Under the pieces are notes generated by a model. The model was given only the letters and a program-made list of their open reading frames with translations. It had not been told where the DNA came from and did not search any database. Positions 25,082-35,011 of a stretch of 64,000 bases of DNA are shown in pieces. The stretch comes from Escherichia coli (lineage in GTDB: Bacteria > Pseudomonadota > Gammaproteobacteria > Enterobacterales > Enterobacteriaceae). The position numbers were made by a program, and so were the translations under genes. Each line of letters starts with the position of its first letter. The stretch's first letter is position 1. Location: the NCBI RefSeq assembly GCF_003334765.1, contig NZ_QOWT01000001.1. One strand, given 5' to 3'.

Positions 25082-27460
25082 ATGTCCAACAATGGCTCGT
25101 CACCGCTGGTGCTTTGGTATAACCAACTCGGCATGAATGATGTAGACAGGGTTGGGGGCAAAAATGCCTCCCTGGGTGAAATGATTACTAATCTTTCCGG
25201 AATGGGTGTTTCCGTTCCGAATGGTTTCGCCACAACCGCCGAGGCGTTTAACCAGTTTCTGGACCAAAGCGGCGTAAACCAGCGCATTTATGAACTGCTG
25301 GATAAAACGGATATTGACGATGTTACTCAGCTTGCGAAAGCGGGCGCGCAAATCCGCCAGTGGATTATCGACACTCCCTTCCAGCCTGAGCTGGAAAACG
25401 CCATCCGCGAAGCCTATGCACAGCTTTCCGCCGATGACGAAAACGCCTCTTTTGCGGTGCGCTCCTCCGCCACCGCAGAAGATATGCCGGACGCTTCTTT
25501 TGCCGGTCAGCAGGAAACCTTCCTCAACGTTCAGGGTTTTGACGCCGTTCTCGTGGCAGTGAAACATGTATTTGCTTCTCTGTTTAACGATCGCGCCATC
25601 TCTTATCGTGTGCACCAGGGTTACGATCACCGTGGTGTGGCGCTCTCCGCCGGTGTTCAACGGATGGTGCGCTCTGACCTCGCATCATCTGGCGTGATGT
25701 TCTCCATTGATACCGAATCCGGCTTTGACCAGGTGGTGTTTATCACTTCCGCATGGGGCCTTGGTGAGATGGTCGTGCAGGGTGCGGTTAACCCGGATGA
25801 GTTTTACGTGCATAAACCGACACTGGCGGCGAATCGCCCGGCTATCGTGCGCCGCACCATGGGGTCGAAAAAAATCCGCATGGTTTACGCGCCGACCCAG
25901 GAGCACGGCAAGCAGGTTAAAATCGAAGACGTACCGCAGGAACAGCGTGACATCTTCTCGCTGACCAACGAAGAAGTGCAGGAACTGGCAAAACAGGCCG
26001 TACAAATTGAGAAACACTACGGTCGCCCGATGGATATTGAGTGGGCGAAAGATGGCCACACCGGTAAACTGTTCATTGTGCAGGCGCGTCCGGAAACCGT
26101 GCGCTCACGCGGTCAGGTCATGGAGCGTTATACGCTGCATTCACAGGGTAAGATTATCGCCGAAGGCCGTGCTATCGGTCATCGCATCGGTGCGGGTCCG
26201 GTGAAAGTCATCCATGACATCAGCGAAATGAACCGCATCGAACCTGGCGACGTGCTGGTTACTGACATGACCGACCCGGACTGGGAACCGATCATGAAGA
26301 AAGCATCTGCCATCGTCACCAACCGTGGCGGTCGTACCTGTCACGCGGCGATCATCGCTCGTGAACTGGGCATTCCGGCGGTAGTGGGCTGTGGAGATGC
26401 AACAGAACGGATGAAAGACGGTGAGAACGTCACTGTTTCTTGTGCCGAAGGTGATACCGGTTACGTCTATGCGGAGTTGCTGGAATTTAGCGTGAAAAGC
26501 TCCAGCGTAGAAACGATGCCGGATCTGCCGTTGAAAGTGATGATGAACGTCGGTAACCCGGACCGTGCTTTCGACTTCGCCTGCCTACCGAACGAAGGCG
26601 TGGGCCTTGCGCGTCTGGAATTTATCATCAACCGTATGATTGGCGTCCACCCACGCGCACTGCTTGAGTTTGACGATCAGGAACCGCAGTTGCAAAACGA
26701 AATCCGCGAGATGATGAAAGGTTTTGATTCTCCGCGTGAATTTTACGTTGGTCGTCTGACTGAAGGGATCGCGACGCTGGGTGCCGCGTTTTATCCGAAG
26801 CGCGTCATTGTCCGTCTCTCTGATTTTAAATCGAACGAATATGCCAACCTGGTCGGTGGTGAGCGTTACGAGCCAGATGAAGAGAACCCGATGCTCGGCT
26901 TCCGTGGCGCGGGCCGCTATGTTTCCGACAGCTTCCGCGACTGTTTCGCGCTGGAGTGTGAAGCAGTGAAACGTGTGCGCAACGACATGGGACTGACCAA
27001 CGTTGAGATCATGATCCCGTTCGTGCGTACCGTAGATCAGGCGAAAGCGGTGGTTGAAGAACTGGCGCGTCAGGGGCTGAAACGTGGCGAGAACGGGCTG
27101 AAAATCATCATGATGTGTGAAATCCCGTCCAACGCCTTGCTGGCCGAGCAGTTCCTCGAATATTTCGACGGCTTCTCAATTGGCTCAAACGATATGACGC
27201 AGCTGGCGCTCGGTCTGGACCGTGACTCCGGCGTGGTGTCTGAATTGTTCGATGAGCGCAACGATGCGGTGAAAGCACTGCTGTCGATGGCTATCCGTGC
27301 CGCGAAGAAACAGGGCAAATATGTCGGGATTTGCGGTCAGGGTCCGTCCGACCACGAAGACTTTGCCGCATGGTTGATGGAAGAGGGGATCGATAGCCTG
27401 TCTCTGAACCCGGACACCGTGGTGCAAACCTGGTTAAGCCTGGCTGAACTGAAGAAATAA
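25082..27460 (+). CDS. ppsA: Phosphoenolpyruvate synthase
   Basis: 792-aa ORF; PEP-utilising enzyme family. Confidence 0.98.
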   Translation: MSNNGSSPLVLWYNQLGMNDVDRVGGKNASLGEMITNLSGMGVSVPNGFATTAEAFNQFLDQSGVNQRIYELLDKTDIDDVTQLAKAGAQIRQWIIDTPFQPELENAIREAYAQLSADDENASFAVRSSATAEDMPDASFAGQQETFLNVQGFDAVLVAVKHVFASLFNDRAISYRVHQGYDHRGVALSAGVQRMVRSDLASSGVMFSIDTESGFDQVVFITSAWGLGEMVVQGAVNPDEFYVHKPTLAANRPAIVRRTMGSKKIRMVYAPTQEHGKQVKIEDVPQEQRDIFSLTNEEVQELAKQAVQIEKHYGRPMDIEWAKDGHTGKLFIVQARPETVRSRGQVMERYTLHSQGKIIAEGRAIGHRIGAGPVKVIHDISEMNRIEPGDVLVTDMTDPDWEPIMKKASAIVTNRGGRTCHAAIIARELGIPAVVGCGDATERMKDGENVTVSCAEGDTGYVYAELLEFSVKSSSVETMPDLPLKVMMNVGNPDRAFDFACLPNEGVGLARLEFIINRMIGVHPRALLEFDDQEPQLQNEIREMMKGFDSPREFYVGRLTEGIATLGAAFYPKRVIVRLSDFKSNEYANLVGGERYEPDEENPMLGFRGAGRYVSDSFRDCFALECEAVKRVRNDMGLTNVEIMIPFVRTVDQAKAVVEELARQGLKRGENGLKIIMMCEIPSNALLAEQFLEYFDGFSIGSNDMTQLALGLDRDSGVVSELFDERNDAVKALLSMAIRAAKKQGKYVGICGQGPSDHEDFAAWLMEEGIDSLSLNPDTVVQTWLSLAELKK

Positions 27461-27467
27461 AATAAAT

Positions 27468-27492
27468 CCCCGGCGGCGTTTAGTCGCCGGGG
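27468..27492. terminator. Bidirectional hairpin between convergent ppsA and fadK
   Basis: ccccggcg-gcgtttagt-cgccgggg; A/T-rich flanks on both sides. Confidence 0.6.
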
Positions 27493-27516
27493 TTATGTGA
27501 TCCCCGAAGATGAAAC

Positions 27517-29163
27517 TTATTCAATCTCTTCACAGACATCCTGCGTTAAACGCCGCATAATATCTTTTCTTAACAAAAACTTTTGTATTTTACCTGAGGT
27601 AGTTCGCGGTAGTTTTTCGATTACCACGATATGTTCAGGATATTTATATTTTGCGACCCGTTTACGGCTAAAAAAAGCCACTACCTCTTCCAGCGATAAT
27701 GAATGATGCGGCGCTTTCAGCACGACATAAGCGCATGATCGTTCACCTAAACGTTCATCGGACATTGCAACCACACAGGCATCGTGAATTTTAGGATGCT
27801 GCAATAAAATATCTTCCACTTCACGGCTGCTAATATTTTCGCCGCCGCGGACAATAATATCTTTTTTGCGTCCGGTAATTTTTATATAGCCAGCCTCATC
27901 CATACGGCAGAGATCGCCGCTGTAATACCAGCCTTCTTCATCCAGGGCACGGGCGGTTAATTCAGGTTCATCAAAATACCCCATAAACACATTGGGGCCA
28001 CGCGAGGCTTCTTCACCTTCGCAACCTGGCGGTAAGGTCTTGCGTGCGTCATCGACCACTTTAATCTCTACACCTGCGGCAGCGTAACCATCGGTGTGCA
28101 TAAAGCGCGACAAAGGATCATCGAGATTCACCACCGCATGCGGCGAACTTTCTGTGGAACCATAAACACTTAATAATTTAATGCCGCGCTGCTGGCATTC
28201 ACGCGCCACTTTTTTGGGGATTGTGGTTCCGCCGCAAAGAAAGAAACGCAGCGCTGAAAGGTCCGCGGGTTGTTTCTCTAGTACATTCAAAAGATCATAG
28301 ACAAACGGCGTTGCGCCGAGCATACAGGTGCAACGCTGCTGCTCAAGCAGCGCGAGACACGCATCAGGAGTGAAAATATCTAACAACACGCTGCGAGCGC
28401 CAATTAAGAATGGTGCCGTTACGCCATGCAGAAAGCCCGTTGCGTGACCAAGTGGCGCAGGCATCATAAAGACATCCTGCCAGGTCAGATTCAGTCGCGC
28501 GCAATAAGCCCGCTCACTGGCGAGAATATTGTTATGCGTTAGCATCACGCCCTTTGGCAGACCCTCGGTTCCGGAGGTAAACAGCACCGCAGCTAATTCA
28601 TCGCCGTGGGTCGTTATCGCCGTGGTCAGTGAGGTATTGTCGGCGATAATCTGACTTAATGAGAGGGAAGAGGTGGCGGGAGCCAGTTTGTCCACGCCGA
28701 CAATTTGTTGTAGTTGTGGAAGCTGATTTTGCAGCGGCAGGATTAAATCTACCGGACGCGTTTGTTTAAACAACGTCGGTGCAAAGAACATTTTTGCCTG
28801 ACACTTATTGAGCACCCACACCAGTTCTGCTTCCCGCCAGGAAGGCAACAGCGGCACGGAAACTGCACCGATTTTCAGGCAGGCAAGATAGATAACGGTA
28901 AATTCACACCAGCCAGGCAGTTGAAATGCGATGCGATCGCCTGATTCAATACCCTTCGCTAACATCCAGTTTGCCAGACAGCTCGCGGCGTGATCGAGCG
29001 CGCTATAGGTGTACGATGCACCATGATTATCGACCACGGCAATTTTGTCTGGCATCGCACGAGCGGTCTGCTGCCAGTAATCGGCCAGCGAAGCATCGCC
29101 CCATAACCCTTGCTGACGATACGCCGCACGACGTTGTTCGTTAAACGTTAATGTCACTTTCAT
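27517..29163 (-). CDS. fadK: Short-chain acyl-CoA synthetase (AMP-forming), anaerobic
   Basis: ORF track 27517..29217; start at ATG 29163 (MKVTLTFNEQRRAAY...), 548 aa; AMP-binding motif TSGTEGLPKG. Confidence 0.93.
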   Translation of the reverse strand: MKVTLTFNEQRRAAYRQQGLWGDASLADYWQQTARAMPDKIAVVDNHGASYTYSALDHAASCLANWMLAKGIESGDRIAFQLPGWCEFTVIYLACLKIGAVSVPLLPSWREAELVWVLNKCQAKMFFAPTLFKQTRPVDLILPLQNQLPQLQQIVGVDKLAPATSSLSLSQIIADNTSLTTAITTHGDELAAVLFTSGTEGLPKGVMLTHNNILASERAYCARLNLTWQDVFMMPAPLGHATGFLHGVTAPFLIGARSVLLDIFTPDACLALLEQQRCTCMLGATPFVYDLLNVLEKQPADLSALRFFLCGGTTIPKKVARECQQRGIKLLSVYGSTESSPHAVVNLDDPLSRFMHTDGYAAAGVEIKVVDDARKTLPPGCEGEEASRGPNVFMGYFDEPELTARALDEEGWYYSGDLCRMDEAGYIKITGRKKDIIVRGGENISSREVEDILLQHPKIHDACVVAMSDERLGERSCAYVVLKAPHHSLSLEEVVAFFSRKRVAKYKYPEHIVVIEKLPRTTSGKIQKFLLRKDIMRRLTQDVCEEIE

Positions 29164-29219
29164 GTTGGACTCTCGAAACAGAACATCAGGCCCGAGATGC
29201 GGGCCTGTGGGATGCATGA

Positions 29220-29513
29220 TTAGCCGTAGCGAAAATCAATACCGAAGGTGCCTGCGGGATATTGCCACTGTTCGAGAATAGTGTTACCGCACAGCACCCG
29301 ACAGGTGCCGCACTCCAGACAACCGGCGGAATCAAAATGAATGTTTCCTGCGTCATCCTGCTTATAAAGTCCGGCAGGGCAGGCTTTCATTAATTTATGG
29401 AATTCATTGATATCGGGATTTTCCGCCAGAATGATATGCGGGTGGCCCTCATCAACATGGAATTTATTGACGCCTAATTTGATGTCGACGTTAACCGTAG
29501 CGTTCTGGCTCAT
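29220..29513 (-). CDS. ydiT: FixX-like ferredoxin
   Basis: 97-aa ORF with CxxCxxC cluster (CLECGTCRVLC). Confidence 0.9.
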   Translation of the reverse strand: MSQNATVNVDIKLGVNKFHVDEGHPHIILAENPDINEFHKLMKACPAGLYKQDDAGNIHFDSAGCLECGTCRVLCGNTILEQWQYPAGTFGIDFRYG

Positions 29514-30799
29514 AGCGCGGTTGCTCCCTTAATGCCATCTTTCAGCAAGTTGATCAGCCCAATTTTCTTCGCATGTCCCATGATCATTTTTCGTACCGGC
29601 TGGTTTGGTTTGCCGTCGATGGTGAACATCTCGTTCATGATGTCGGCTACCATTCGTGGGTATTGGCTAAACAGGCGCGGGTTTTCCATCAGCGCCGGGA
29701 TCTTGCGAAAATGCTGCATATCACGCATGACGCAGCTTTGTTCCAGCTCACGTTTGTATTGCGCCAGACTGCTGGCGGAGAAATCCGCGCGTTCTTTGGC
29801 GGCGATCACCGTTGTGGCGGCAGCCTGAGCCGATGCAATGGCTAAATCCATGCCGCGGACCGTAAAACCCAAATTCAGGCAGAAGCCTGCGGCGTCACCA
29901 ACGATCATCACGCCCTCGTTAACCAGTTGCGGCACCATTGCCAGACCGCCTTCCGGCACCATATGCGCGGAATATTCAAGCAGTTTGCCGCCGCTAATCA
30001 GCGGGCGAATGGCGGGGTGTTGTTTAAAATCTTCCAGCATTTGCGGCACGCTTTTTTGCGCATGGGCGATATCACCCAATCCACAAACCAGCCCCAAGGA
30101 TATGGAATCCTTGTTGGTATAGAGAAATCCCCCGCCCATCAGGCCGTCAGAAGGGGAACCGGCAAACAGCCAGGCGGCACCTTCCTCGCCCGTAATATTA
30201 AAGCGATCGTTGATCTGTTCTGGTGTGAGGCCAATAACCTCTTTAACACCAACAGCGTAATGATGCGGATCGGAAGCGGGAACCATTCCCAGCGAGCGGC
30301 CAAGCATCGAGTTAACGCCATCAGCCAGAATCACCACATTCGCTTCGAGAATATCATCCCCAGCCTGCACGCCAGTGACCTTGTTTCCTTCACGAACCAG
30401 CGCGTCGACGCGAACGCCTGGGATAAACTGCGCGCCCGCCTGCTCGGCTTGTTCCATCAACCACGGGTCCAGACGATTACGCAATACGGTATAAGATGCG
30501 TGTTGCGGAACATCTGGCTGCTCGCGGTGAAAATCGAGGGTAACGGCGCTTTCTTCGGTTAAGAAGGAGATTTTCTCGCGTGTGACCTTGCGTTCTACCG
30601 GCGCTGATACTGCAAAGCCTGGAATGATTGCTTCAAGTGTGTGGGCATAAAGACGCCCGCCGGTCATGTTTTTACATCCGGCACTGTCGCCGCGTTCTAT
30701 CACCAGGACATCCAGCCCGGCTCGTGCCATGACCAGTGCGGCAACGCTACCAGCAACGCCCGCACCGACCACAATGGCATCAAATTTGTCATCCGACAT
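29510..30799 (-). CDS. ydiS: FixC-like FAD-dependent ETF-quinone oxidoreductase
   Basis: 429-aa ORF; N-terminal GAGVAG dinucleotide-binding motif; 4-nt overlap with ydiT. Confidence 0.92.
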   Translation of the reverse strand: MSDDKFDAIVVGAGVAGSVAALVMARAGLDVLVIERGDSAGCKNMTGGRLYAHTLEAIIPGFAVSAPVERKVTREKISFLTEESAVTLDFHREQPDVPQHASYTVLRNRLDPWLMEQAEQAGAQFIPGVRVDALVREGNKVTGVQAGDDILEANVVILADGVNSMLGRSLGMVPASDPHHYAVGVKEVIGLTPEQINDRFNITGEEGAAWLFAGSPSDGLMGGGFLYTNKDSISLGLVCGLGDIAHAQKSVPQMLEDFKQHPAIRPLISGGKLLEYSAHMVPEGGLAMVPQLVNEGVMIVGDAAGFCLNLGFTVRGMDLAIASAQAAATTVIAAKERADFSASSLAQYKRELEQSCVMRDMQHFRKIPALMENPRLFSQYPRMVADIMNEMFTIDGKPNQPVRKMIMGHAKKIGLINLLKDGIKGATAL

Positions 30800-30854
30800 G
30801 CGTTATGCTCCCTTCCCGCTGCGTTTACAGCGGGAGATGTGGTTGAAAGGGGAA

Positions 30855-31793
30855 TTAGCGGCTCAACTGGCTAATCAGGGCAGGGACGACTTTGTAGATA
30901 TCGCCCACCAGACCGTAGTCGGCATAGTTGAAGATTGGCGCATTTTTATCTTTATTGATGGCGACAATCACTTTTGCGCCGTTGCCGCCAACCATATGCT
31001 GGATCTGCCCGGAGATCCCCAGCGTCAGGTAGAGATCGGATTTCAGCAACACGCCGGAGACACCGATATAACGTTCACGCTCCATCCAGTTCTCGCCTTC
31101 GGCAATTGGACGTGAACAGCCGACTTCAGCATTCAGCACCGCCGCCAGTTCGTGGACCATTTTTAGGTCATCCTGCGCCGCCAGTCCACGACCGACGCCA
31201 ACCACACGTTTTGCTTTGCTCAGGTCCACGCTGCTTGCGGCTTTCGCACGGCGTTCGCGACAGAGAATTTCATGACGCGGAGCAACATAAGGTACCGTTT
31301 CTGTCGGGCACTGATGAGAGGTATCACTGGTGCACGGTTCCTGAACACCGGGTGCAAGGGTAATGATCGCCAGCGGGCTGTTGATCTTTTCCTGAGCGAA
31401 CGCTAACCCGCCATACATCCGGTGTTCGGCGCAAATGTGACCATCGACAATATCCACCGCCGTGGCATCGTTCACCAGCGCCGCATTCAGTTGCACACTT
31501 AACCGTGCTGCCAGCGCTTTACCACGTTTCGTCGCGGCCAACAGCAACATAGCGGGGTGTTTATCTTTCAGCAGGGCAGCAATGCTTTCGGCGTAATTTT
31601 CAGTGCGTTGCAGCGCGTCGTTTTGCGCAAGAACATAAAGACATTTTGGACCATAAGGCATAACTGCCTGCGCCTGGTCGGTATTTTGTACAATGGCATA
31701 CACCTGTTGGCCCCATTGCTGAGCGCCGCCAAACAGTTCAGCATAACGTTCAGGATTATCGCTAAAGACCCAGACGCTGTTTAATTGACTCAT
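30855..31793 (-). CDS. ydiR: Electron-transfer flavoprotein alpha-subunit homologue (FixB-like)
   Basis: 312-aa ORF. Confidence 0.92.
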   Translation of the reverse strand: MSQLNSVWVFSDNPERYAELFGGAQQWGQQVYAIVQNTDQAQAVMPYGPKCLYVLAQNDALQRTENYAESIAALLKDKHPAMLLLAATKRGKALAARLSVQLNAALVNDATAVDIVDGHICAEHRMYGGLAFAQEKINSPLAIITLAPGVQEPCTSDTSHQCPTETVPYVAPRHEILCRERRAKAASSVDLSKAKRVVGVGRGLAAQDDLKMVHELAAVLNAEVGCSRPIAEGENWMERERYIGVSGVLLKSDLYLTLGISGQIQHMVGGNGAKVIVAINKDKNAPIFNYADYGLVGDIYKVVPALISQLSR

Positions 31794-31812
31794 CGTTTCT
31801 TCTCCGTAGGCT

Positions 31813-32577
31813 TCAGTTCAGGGCTTTCTTCAGATGTTCCGCCAGCTCGGCAATGGCCTCCGGCGAATCGTTATCGATAATGATGTGCTTACGTTCTGTT
31901 TGCGGCGGTACGCGAATGCCGACCAGTTCAGCAAGTGGCGCGCTCTGGCTCCAGTCAATATCACTTGCCTGCCACTGATTTACCGGTTTTTTACCCGCGC
32001 CGAGAATGGCTTTCATCGAAGGAATGCGTGGCACGTTAATATCGGAGGTGACGCAGAGCACGGCTGGAACAGAGAGTTCAATAACTTCAACATCATCTTC
32101 AAGCGTGCGTTCAATCACCAGTGTATTGCCCTGACGCTGAATAGCACTCACTGCATTAATCACCGGAAGTTGCAGAATTTCTCCGACCAGCAAGCCAACC
32201 TGCTGGGCATAAAGGTCGCCGGAACCTTCACCAAAGATCAGTAAATCGAAGCCGATCTTTTCAATTGCTGCCGCCAGCGCTTTTGCGGTATCGAGAGGCA
32301 GTGCATGTTCAAGTTGCGCATCCTGCACCAAATACAGGCTGTGCGGCCCGCGGGATAGCACGTCTTTGCGCACTTTCGAGTTCTGCAACAATGAGCCGCC
32401 AACGGTCAGCGCGGCTATCTCATCGTCATCTGTTGCGAGCTGGCTTGCAGCTTCAATGGCATTGAGATCGAACTGGCTGATTTTGGCGTCGGCATTGTCG
32501 AAATTCAGGGTGTATTCTGGAGTGACAACAATGTCCTGTTCTTCAGGCACCAGCTTAAAGCAGGTTATTATTTTCAT
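31813..32577 (-). CDS. ydiQ: Electron-transfer flavoprotein beta-subunit homologue (FixA-like)
   Basis: ORF track 31813..32676; start at ATG 32577 (MKIITCFKLVPEEQD...), 254 aa. Confidence 0.92.
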   Translation of the reverse strand: MKIITCFKLVPEEQDIVVTPEYTLNFDNADAKISQFDLNAIEAASQLATDDDEIAALTVGGSLLQNSKVRKDVLSRGPHSLYLVQDAQLEHALPLDTAKALAAAIEKIGFDLLIFGEGSGDLYAQQVGLLVGEILQLPVINAVSAIQRQGNTLVIERTLEDDVEVIELSVPAVLCVTSDINVPRIPSMKAILGAGKKPVNQWQASDIDWSQSAPLAELVGIRVPPQTERKHIIIDNDSPEAIAELAEHLKKALN

Positions 32578-32892
32578 GATTTCTCCTGTGAGTCGCATAC
32601 GGAACCATCTCCGATGGAAGGTAAAAATGGCCTGAAAATAGTGTGCGATAGCGGTGCGGGGTTTTCGACGGAGCAAGCTGTTTTCCTTGCCAACAATCTT
32701 GCAAAAAAAATGCGATCGCTAAAACAAAAGTGCAATTTGCGGCAATATAGTTATTCCATGACCGTACAATCTTGCATTCAGTGTAAATAATCTTGTTTAG
32801 CTCTCGCTAAACGCGGTTGTATAACCGCAATACACGCCGTATTTTATCCGGCATATATTGTTTTTGCTTGCTCATGGAATAGGGAGGTTGTC

Positions 32893-33804
32893 ATGTATCA
32901 ACGCTGTTTTGATAACGCCAGTGAAACGCTGTTTGTCGCCGGTAAAACGCCACGGCTTTCACGTTTTGCATTTAGCGATGATCCAAAATGGGAGTCCGGA
33001 CATCACGTTCATGACAATGAAACCGAGTTGATTTACGTCAAGAAAGGGGTTGCAAGGTTTACCATCGATTCTTCGTTATATGTCGCACATGCGGATGACA
33101 TTGTGGTGATAGAACGCGGCAGGCTGCATGCGGTGGCCTCTGACGTTAACGATCCGGCAACGACGTGTACCTGTGCGCTGTACGGCTTTCAGTTTCAGGG
33201 GGCTGAGGAAAATCAGCTACTGCAACCGCATTCTTGTCCGGTAATTGCCGCGGGGCAGGGAAAAGAAGTCATAAAAACCTTATTTAATGAGCTAAGTGTG
33301 ATTTTGCCGCAAAGTAAAAATAGCCAAACATCTTCGTTATGGGATGCATTTGCCTATACGTTAGCCATTCTTTACTACGAAAATTTTAAAAATGCTTATC
33401 GTTCGGAGCAGGGGTATATTAAAAAAGATGTTCTGATAAAAGATATTCTTTTCTATCTGAATAATAATTATCGCGAAAAAATCACTTTAGAACAGTTATC
33501 GAAAAAATTTCGTGCCAGCGTCAGTTATATTTGCCATGAATTTACCAAAGAGTATCGTATTTCCCCTATTAACTATGTTATTCAACGGCGTATGACGGAA
33601 GCAAAATGGTCACTCACTAATACTGAATTATCACAGGCAGAGATCTCCTGGCGTGTGGGTTATGAAAATGTCGATCACTTTGCCAAACTGTTTTTGCGCC
33701 ATGTCGGTTGTTCGCCCAGCGATTACCGTAGACAATTTAAAAACTGTTTTGCGGAACAAGAAATCCTATCTGAATTTCCTCAACCGGTAAGTCTTGTTGG
33801 ATAA
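32893..33804 (+). CDS. ydiP: AraC-family transcriptional regulator (cupin N-domain plus HTH)
   Basis: 303-aa ORF; C-terminal AraC HTH (ISWRVGYENVDHFAKLFLRHVGCSPSDYRR). Confidence 0.9.
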   Translation: MYQRCFDNASETLFVAGKTPRLSRFAFSDDPKWESGHHVHDNETELIYVKKGVARFTIDSSLYVAHADDIVVIERGRLHAVASDVNDPATTCTCALYGFQFQGAEENQLLQPHSCPVIAAGQGKEVIKTLFNELSVILPQSKNSQTSSLWDAFAYTLAILYYENFKNAYRSEQGYIKKDVLIKDILFYLNNNYREKITLEQLSKKFRASVSYICHEFTKEYRISPINYVIQRRMTEAKWSLTNTELSQAEISWRVGYENVDHFAKLFLRHVGCSPSDYRRQFKNCFAEQEILSEFPQPVSLVG

Positions 33805-33846
33805 ATCTGGCGGCGCAGTTTGTTAAGAAGCTGCGCCGCCTGCAGA

Positions 33847-34998
33847 TTATTTGTTCTGATAGTCTTTCAGGATCTGCCGACCTGCTACGTAAATCATAAT
33901 TTCGTCTGTACCGCCGCCGATACGTTCACAACGGACATCACGCCAGAAGCGGGAGACGCGCGCCTCATCGGTATAGCCCAGACCGCCCATGATTTGAATC
34001 GCATCATCAATGACTTCCATTGCGGTACGTGCACAGTACAGTTTTGCCAGCGCCGCGCTGGTGCGCAGTGACTGATGCTGATCGGCTTGCCATGCCACTT
34101 TCAGCACCATGTTGCGCATGTTGTCGATCTTAATCGCCATCAGCGCCAGTTTTTCCTGGATCATCTGGTTATGACCAATGGGCTTACCAAAAGCGATACG
34201 TTGGTTGGCATAGCGGGCGGCATCTTCAAAGGCGCATTCGGCAAAGCCGGTGCTGCGCGCGGCGTTGATCAGGCGCTCCATCTCAAAGTTGTACATCACA
34301 TTGAGGAAACCCATTCCTTCTTCGCCCACCATGTCGCTCTCTTCAACCTCCACGTTGTCGAGATAGACTTCGCAGGTGCTGAGCATATGCCAGCCGATTT
34401 TATGCAGCGGGTTAATCTTAATGCCGGGCTTACTGGAGTCGACCCACCACAGGGTGAAGGCTTTTTTGGGATCTTTCGGTTGCGGATCGCGCGCCAGCAC
34501 CAGCATATACGGGTACTCTTTCGCACCGGTAATAAAGGTTTTTTGTCCGTTGATGTAGACCTTGCCGTTTTTACGCGTGTAAGTGGTAGTGGCACTGTTG
34601 TTATCTGAGCCAGCACCTGGTTCCGTCAACGCCAGGGCATAGGCGGGATCACCCGTTTCCAGGGTGCTCTCTGCCGTTTTACGTAGCTGCTCTGCAGAAC
34701 CGAAACGGCGCATACTGTGAATACATTGACCGTTGGTAATTAAAAATGCCGGAGCACCGCATTTTGACACTTCCATCAGCGCCAGCATTTGGGTGACGTA
34801 ATCCGCAGGGATACCACCAAATTCTTCCGGCACGCCAAGCATGGAAATACCGTTATCCGCCAGCGCCCGCATAAACTCACGCGGATATGTCCCGTTTTGA
34901 TCGCAGGTGCGGAAATACTCTTCCGGAAAGTTAGTCGTAATCAGTTCGCGAATACTGGCCAGCAGCAGTTCTTGTTCTTCAGTTAAAGAAAAATCCAT
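33847..34998 (-). CDS. ydiO: Acyl-CoA dehydrogenase
   Basis: ORF track 33847..35052; start at ATG 34998 (MDFSLTEEQELL...), 383 aa. Confidence 0.92.
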   Translation of the reverse strand: MDFSLTEEQELLLASIRELITTNFPEEYFRTCDQNGTYPREFMRALADNGISMLGVPEEFGGIPADYVTQMLALMEVSKCGAPAFLITNGQCIHSMRRFGSAEQLRKTAESTLETGDPAYALALTEPGAGSDNNSATTTYTRKNGKVYINGQKTFITGAKEYPYMLVLARDPQPKDPKKAFTLWWVDSSKPGIKINPLHKIGWHMLSTCEVYLDNVEVEESDMVGEEGMGFLNVMYNFEMERLINAARSTGFAECAFEDAARYANQRIAFGKPIGHNQMIQEKLALMAIKIDNMRNMVLKVAWQADQHQSLRTSAALAKLYCARTAMEVIDDAIQIMGGLGYTDEARVSRFWRDVRCERIGGGTDEIMIYVAGRQILKDYQNK

Positions 34999-35011
34999 CA
35001 TTATACTCCTG

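Noticed and set aside
25100-25660. 186-aa minus-strand ORF
   Set aside because: Antisense shadow ORF inside ppsA; no independent start context.
28274-28288. 15-nt match TTCTCTAGTACATTC shared between fadK coding sequence and the aroH TrpR operator (23910-23924)
   Set aside because: By rough estimate a few exact 15-mer coincidences are expected by chance in 64 kb on both strands; it lacks the second CTAG half-site and sits mid-gene.
30800-30854. Hairpin cccgctg-cgtttac-agcggg between ydiS and ydiR as a terminator
   Set aside because: No U-tract on the coding (minus) strand and genes are otherwise operon-like; more likely an mRNA structural element, not called.
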